This document shows, piece after piece, positions 60,018 through 64,000 of a stretch of DNA of 64,000 bases (its first letter is position 1; the number at the start of each line of letters is the position of its first letter). The notes beneath the pieces were generated by a model. That model had not been told where the DNA came from and ran no database searches. It saw only the letters and a program-made list of their open reading frames with translations. The translations under genes and the position numbers were made by a program. This DNA is from Rhizobium sp. Q54 (lineage in GTDB: Bacteria; Pseudomonadota; Alphaproteobacteria; Rhizobiales; Beijerinckiaceae): contig CAMCUC010000003.1 in NCBI GenBank assembly GCA_945878875.1, forward strand, positions 9,516 to 73,515, given 5' to 3'.

Positions 60018-61751
60018 TCAGCTCGACTGACGCCGCAGGAAGGCCGGAATCTCCAGGTGATCGTCCTCCATCGAGCGCGTCGGAGCCGCGCGCCCGTGCA
60101 GGTCGAGCTGCTGCTGACGCGAGGGCGCCGGGGCGACAGGAGCCTGCGGACGGCGGGCGTATTCGGCGTGGGTCGGGCTGGGCGGTAGTTGCGCACGCGC
60201 CGGAGCCGGAGCCGGGGGCGCCATGGAAGGCATGGGCGCGCGCGGACGGGCTTGCACGGGAGCAGGCTCCTCGCTCGCCCTCATGCCGAACGAGGCCAGA
60301 CGCTCCAGCAGGCTGCGGCGTTTGGATTCGGGACCGGCTTCCGCCGGAGCTTCACCGCGCTGGGCTGCCAATTGCTTTTGGATCTGCGGCGGAAACTCGT
60401 CGTGCGTGGGCATGCGCGGGCTGCGCATCACGCGCTCGGGAGCGGGCGGCGTGAACGGGCCGGGGGCATGCTGGGGCGCATAGTCGACCGGTGCGGAAGG
60501 CGGCGTGAACATGGTCGGCGCCGGGCGGGCGCGGAGCTGGTGCTCAAGCTGCACGTCCTCGATCGAGGGCGCAGACGCGTAGGTCGGCGCAGGAGCTGTC
60601 GCAGGAGCTGGCTCGTAATAGGTCGGCGCGGCGGCTTCCGGGGCCTGTTCGGGCTCGGACGCTGCAGGAGCTGCGAACGATTGCGGCTGATAGCGGTCCA
60701 GCTCAGGACGGGCGGCAGCCGCCTGCACGCGCAGCTTCTGCGCAGCTTCGGCGATGCGCGCTTCGGCGGCGTTGATCTGCTTGGCGGGCGTATCGATGCC
60801 GGTGGCGACCACCGACACGCGCACGATGCCCTCAAGGCTCTCGTCGAACGTGGCGCCCAGAATAATGTTGGCTTCCTCGTCCACTTCCTGACGGATGCGG
60901 CTGGCGGCCTCATCCACTTCATAAAGGGTGAGGTCATTGCCGCCGGTGATCGAGATCAGCAGGCCGCGCGCGCCGCGCATAGAGGTTTCGTCGAGCAGCG
61001 GATTGGCGATGGCGGCTTCCGCCGCCAGAATCGCGCGACGCTCGCCGGTGGCCTCGCCGGTGCCCATCATCGCCTTGCCCATTTCGCGCATGATGGCGCG
61101 CACGTCGGCGAAGTCGAGGTTGATGAGGCCTTCCTTGACCATCAAATCGGTGATGCAGGCCACGCCCGAATAGAGCACCTGGTCGGCCATCGAGAACGCA
61201 TCGGCGAACGTTGTCTTCTCGTTGGCGACGCGGAACAGATTCTGGTTGGGGATGACGATCAGCGTATCGACCGACTTTTGCAATTCGGTGATGCCGCTCT
61301 CGGCCAGCCGCATGCGGCGCACGCCTTCAAACTGGAACGGCTTGGTGACGACGCCCACGGTGAGGATGCCCATTTCACGTGCTATGCGCGCCATCACAGG
61401 GGCTGCCCCGGTGCCGGTGCCGCCGCCCATGCCCGCCGTGACGAACACCATGTGGACGCCAGCGAAATGATCACGGATTTCATCCATCGCTTCTTCAGCG
61501 GCGGCGCGGCCGACTTCGGGCTGGGCGCCGGCGCCAAGACCCTCGGTGACCTGCATGCCCATCTGGATGATGCGGTCGGCCTTCGATGAGGTCAGCGCCT
61601 GCGCGTCAGTGTTGGCGACGACGAAATCGACGCCCATCAGGCCGGACGTGATCATGTTGTTGACCGCGTTGCCGCCGGCGCCGCCGACGCCGCAGACCAT
61701 GATGCGGGGCTTCAATTCCCTGAGTTCGGGCGCCTTGAGATTGATCGTCAT
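60018..61751 (-). CDS. ftsZ: Cell division protein FtsZ (long alphaproteobacterial linker)
   Basis: [27 protein letters not shown]-terminal [10 protein letters not shown]. Confidence 0.98.
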   Translation of the reverse strand: MTINLKAPELRELKPRIMVCGVGGAGGNAVNNMITSGLMGVDFVVANTDAQALTSSKADRIIQMGMQVTEGLGAGAQPEVGRAAAEEAMDEIRDHFAGVHMVFVTAGMGGGTGTGAAPVMARIAREMGILTVGVVTKPFQFEGVRRMRLAESGITELQKSVDTLIVIPNQNLFRVANEKTTFADAFSMADQVLYSGVACITDLMVKEGLINLDFADVRAIMREMGKAMMGTGEATGERRAILAAEAAIANPLLDETSMRGARGLLISITGGNDLTLYEVDEAASRIRQEVDEEANIILGATFDESLEGIVRVSVVATGIDTPAKQINAAEARIAEAAQKLRVQAAAARPELDRYQPQSFAAPAASEPEQAPEAAAPTYYEPAPATAPAPTYASAPSIEDVQLEHQLRARPAPTMFTPPSAPVDYAPQHAPGPFTPPAPERVMRSPRMPTHDEFPPQIQKQLAAQRGEAPAEAGPESKRRSLLERLASFGMRASEEPAPVQARPRAPMPSMAPPAPAPARAQLPPSPTHAEYARRPQAPVAPAPSRQQQLDLHGRAAPTRSMEDDHLEIPAFLRRQSS

Positions 61752-61850
61752 TTTGGCCTCTCGCTTGTTAGGGGCTGCGCCCGTCTGTCTTGTTTCGTTT
61801 TGCTCTTGTCCGGCGCAGCCTCCGCGCCACGCCGGACAAGAGCGAATTCG

Positions 61851-63167
61851 TTAGAAGTTCGTTTTCAACCAGCGCACGACGTTGCCGACGTAGCCGTCTC
61901 CCGTTCCCGTCGAAAGCATGGGCATGCGACGGGGCTCAAAGAACTCAATGCCTGCATATTGCGGGAATACGACAAGGCCGATCGCGGCGGCGAACGCCGG
62001 ATTTTTTGCAGATTCAGGCAGACCCTGAACGCCAAGCGGGCGACCCATGCGCACCTGGCCTGAAATGATGCGGCGCGCCGCTTCGGGCACGCCCGTCAAC
62101 TGGCTTGCGCCGCCGGTGAGAACGAGGCGCAAGCCTGCTTGCGGCGCATAGCCCGCTCCCGTCAGCCGGTCGCGCACCAGCTCCAGAATCTCTTCAACGC
62201 GCGGCTTGATGATGCGCACGAGATGGGATTTTGGCAGGTGCGTGACATGATTGCCGTCTTCGCCTACCTGGCTCACCGCAATCGTTTCGCGATCATCCGA
62301 CGGCGAAGAGATGCAGGCGCCGTAATAGGTTTTCAGGCGCTCGGCGTCTGACAGGCGCAACGTCAGGCCGCGCGCAATGTCCATCGTCACGTGATTGCCG
62401 CCAACCGCAATGGCGTCCACATGCTCAAGGCGGTTCTCGGCAAACACCGCGATGGAGGTCGTGCCGCCGCCAAGATCTATAACGGCGGTGCCCATTTCAG
62501 CCTCGTCATCCACCAAAGCGGCAAGGCCCGCCGCATAAGGCGTGGCGACGACGGCTTCGACGTCGAGATGGCAGCGTTCGACCGCCAGCATGAGATTGCG
62601 CACGGGCGCAGAATCAATGCTCACGACATGCATTTGCGCACCAAGCTCCTCGCCGATCATGCCGCGCGGATCGCGCACGCCGGTGGCGCCGTCGAGCGCG
62701 AACGAGCGCGGCATCGAATGCAGCACCGCGCGCCCCTGCTGGGCGGTGCGCGAGGCCGCGGCCTCCAGCACACGATGCACGTCCGACTCGCTAACCGAAT
62801 TATCGCCGACGCGCACTTTCGCGCCGTAGAAGCTTGAACCGATGCGCCCGCCGCTGATGCTGACGATGACGCTCTCGACCTGAACGCCAGCCATACGCTC
62901 GGCAGAATCGACGGCGAGGCGGATCGCCTTCTCCGCCTCGTCCATGTCGATCACCACGCCGCCCTTGAGGCCGCGCGAGCGTTGATGGCCGATGCCCAGA
63001 ATACGGCAGCGATGGGTGCGCCCGCGCAGCAGGTCCGATTGCTCGGCGGGCATCAGCCGCGCAATCAGGCAGGCGATCTTTGACGTGCCCACATCGAGCG
63101 CGCACAGGATCGCGCTTTTGCGTGCAGACAGCGGCTTCATGCGGGGCGTGAAATATTGAGCGCTCAT
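61851..63167 (-). CDS. ftsA: Cell division protein FtsA
   Basis: LDVGTSK, IDLGGGTT, VGGNHVT.DIA, LTGGASQL. Confidence 0.96.
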   Translation of the reverse strand: MSAQYFTPRMKPLSARKSAILCALDVGTSKIACLIARLMPAEQSDLLRGRTHRCRILGIGHQRSRGLKGGVVIDMDEAEKAIRLAVDSAERMAGVQVESVIVSISGGRIGSSFYGAKVRVGDNSVSESDVHRVLEAAASRTAQQGRAVLHSMPRSFALDGATGVRDPRGMIGEELGAQMHVVSIDSAPVRNLMLAVERCHLDVEAVVATPYAAGLAALVDDEAEMGTAVIDLGGGTTSIAVFAENRLEHVDAIAVGGNHVTMDIARGLTLRLSDAERLKTYYGACISSPSDDRETIAVSQVGEDGNHVTHLPKSHLVRIIKPRVEEILELVRDRLTGAGYAPQAGLRLVLTGGASQLTGVPEAARRIISGQVRMGRPLGVQGLPESAKNPAFAAAIGLVVFPQYAGIEFFEPRRMPMLSTGTGDGYVGNVVRWLKTNF

Positions 63168-64000
63168 ATTGCGCCTCTGCGAACTGGCTTTTTGGCCTGC
63201 GCCTCGGCGCGCACGCCTGCCGCTTCTTCGCCAAGGCGGGCGGCGATGCGACCGGCCACGCGCATGTCTATCGAGATGATGTCCTTGTCGAGAATCTGCT
63301 GCGTGCGAGCGAGCTTCGCCAGCGATGCGATGGCGCCTTCCGGGTTCAGCTCAGGCAGTTTCACGTCGACGCCGTTGACGAGCTTCACGTTCCAGCGCCG
63401 GTTGGTGACGAGAACGCCAGCGCGGATTTTCGATTTGAAATCTCCGGCGGCGTCCACAATGCGCTGGAATTCGGCGACGCGCTCATTGGCGCCCTCGCCT
63501 ACCACGAAAGGCAGATGAATGAAGCGCTCGTCGCGCAACACGTCAATCGCCTTACCGTCCTGCGCCACAACGAAAATCTGGCCCTCACTCTGCCACAGCG
63601 CAAATTCGTCGCGCTCCGTCAGCTCGATCACAAGCTGGCCAGGATAGAGCTTGCGCACGCGGGCGTCCTTGATAAGCGGCGTCGCCATCAAGCGCTCGCG
63701 CACCGCCAGCGCGTCAAGGAACAGCAGCGAATGCCTGTCGGTGACGGCCGCTGCCGCCAGCGCTTCATCGGCGCTGAGGCTGCGTTGTCCCGAAATCGTA
63801 ATCACATTCACGCCGAATCCCATCGCCTTGGCGAGTACGTCGGCGGGCTCGCCATGGGCGGCCACAAAGCGGTCATATCCGCCTCCGATCATCACGCCAT
63901 ACGCGCCGACCGAACCGAGAAAAACAACAACGAGCAGAGCGCCAAAGCCCCGCCCAAGAATGATAGCGCGCAAGCCCTCGACCAGCCGATTGCTGCGACG
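63164..64000 (-). CDS. ftsQ: Cell division protein FtsQ (5' end truncated by the window edge)
   Basis: TM segment, POTRA domain, RKLYPGQLVIEL.ER, IDMRV; frame open to 64000; overlaps the ftsA start. Confidence 0.9.
   Translation of the reverse strand, partial: RRSNRLVEGLRAIILGRGFGALLVVVFLGSVGAYGVMIGGGYDRFVAAHGEPADVLAKAMGFGVNVITISGQRSLSADEALAAAAVTDRHSLLFLDALAVRERLMATPLIKDARVRKLYPGQLVIELTERDEFALWQSEGQIFVVAQDGKAIDVLRDERFIHLPFVVGEGANERVAEFQRIVDAAGDFKSKIRAGVLVTNRRWNVKLVNGVDVKLPELNPEGAIASLAKLARTQQILDKDIISIDMRVAGRIAARLGEEAAGVRAEAQAKKPVRRGAI

Overview
GC-rich (roughly 63-65% by eye) chromosomal window from an alphaproteobacterium, most likely Hyphomicrobiales. The evidence is a permuted two-piece tmRNA with tag ANDNYAPVAVAA followed by alpha-type sspB, a long-linker FtsZ, and Irr and FnrN-type regulators. 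Most of it is core genome: xanthine-dehydrogenase-family Mo subunit, NAD kinase, peptidases, heterodimeric methylmalonyl-CoA mutase, aroC-folP-folB-folK, fabI, dnaJ-like, pdxH, ssrA-sspB, asmA, uvrD, prmA, and the ftsQ-ftsA-ftsZ-lpxC-bamD-recN-ligA end of the dcw cluster. Accessory-looking features are: (1) a stand-alone Pls/PosA-type membrane NRPS (putative homopoly-amino-acid synthetase; manually read pocket DLEDIGSVVK); (2) a degenerate ECF sigma with a truncated anti-sigma; (3) an orphan GH19 hydrolase with an ssrA-tag-like C-terminus, next to a DNA methyltransferase-nuclease fusion whose central domain has anomalously low GC; (4) an exported rhodanese with an AT-rich operator-like region, and a 6-Cys secreted miniprotein; (5) two paralogous secreted proteins between the mutase subunit genes; (6) FNR boxes at the fnr gene and at a non-canonical irr; (7) three families of small intergenic palindromic repeats, including four 81-82 bp CGTC-footed double-hairpin elements with covarying stems. 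No CRISPR array, rRNA, canonical tRNA, transposase or integrase was recognised. All assignments come from motif reading and recall, not database searches.
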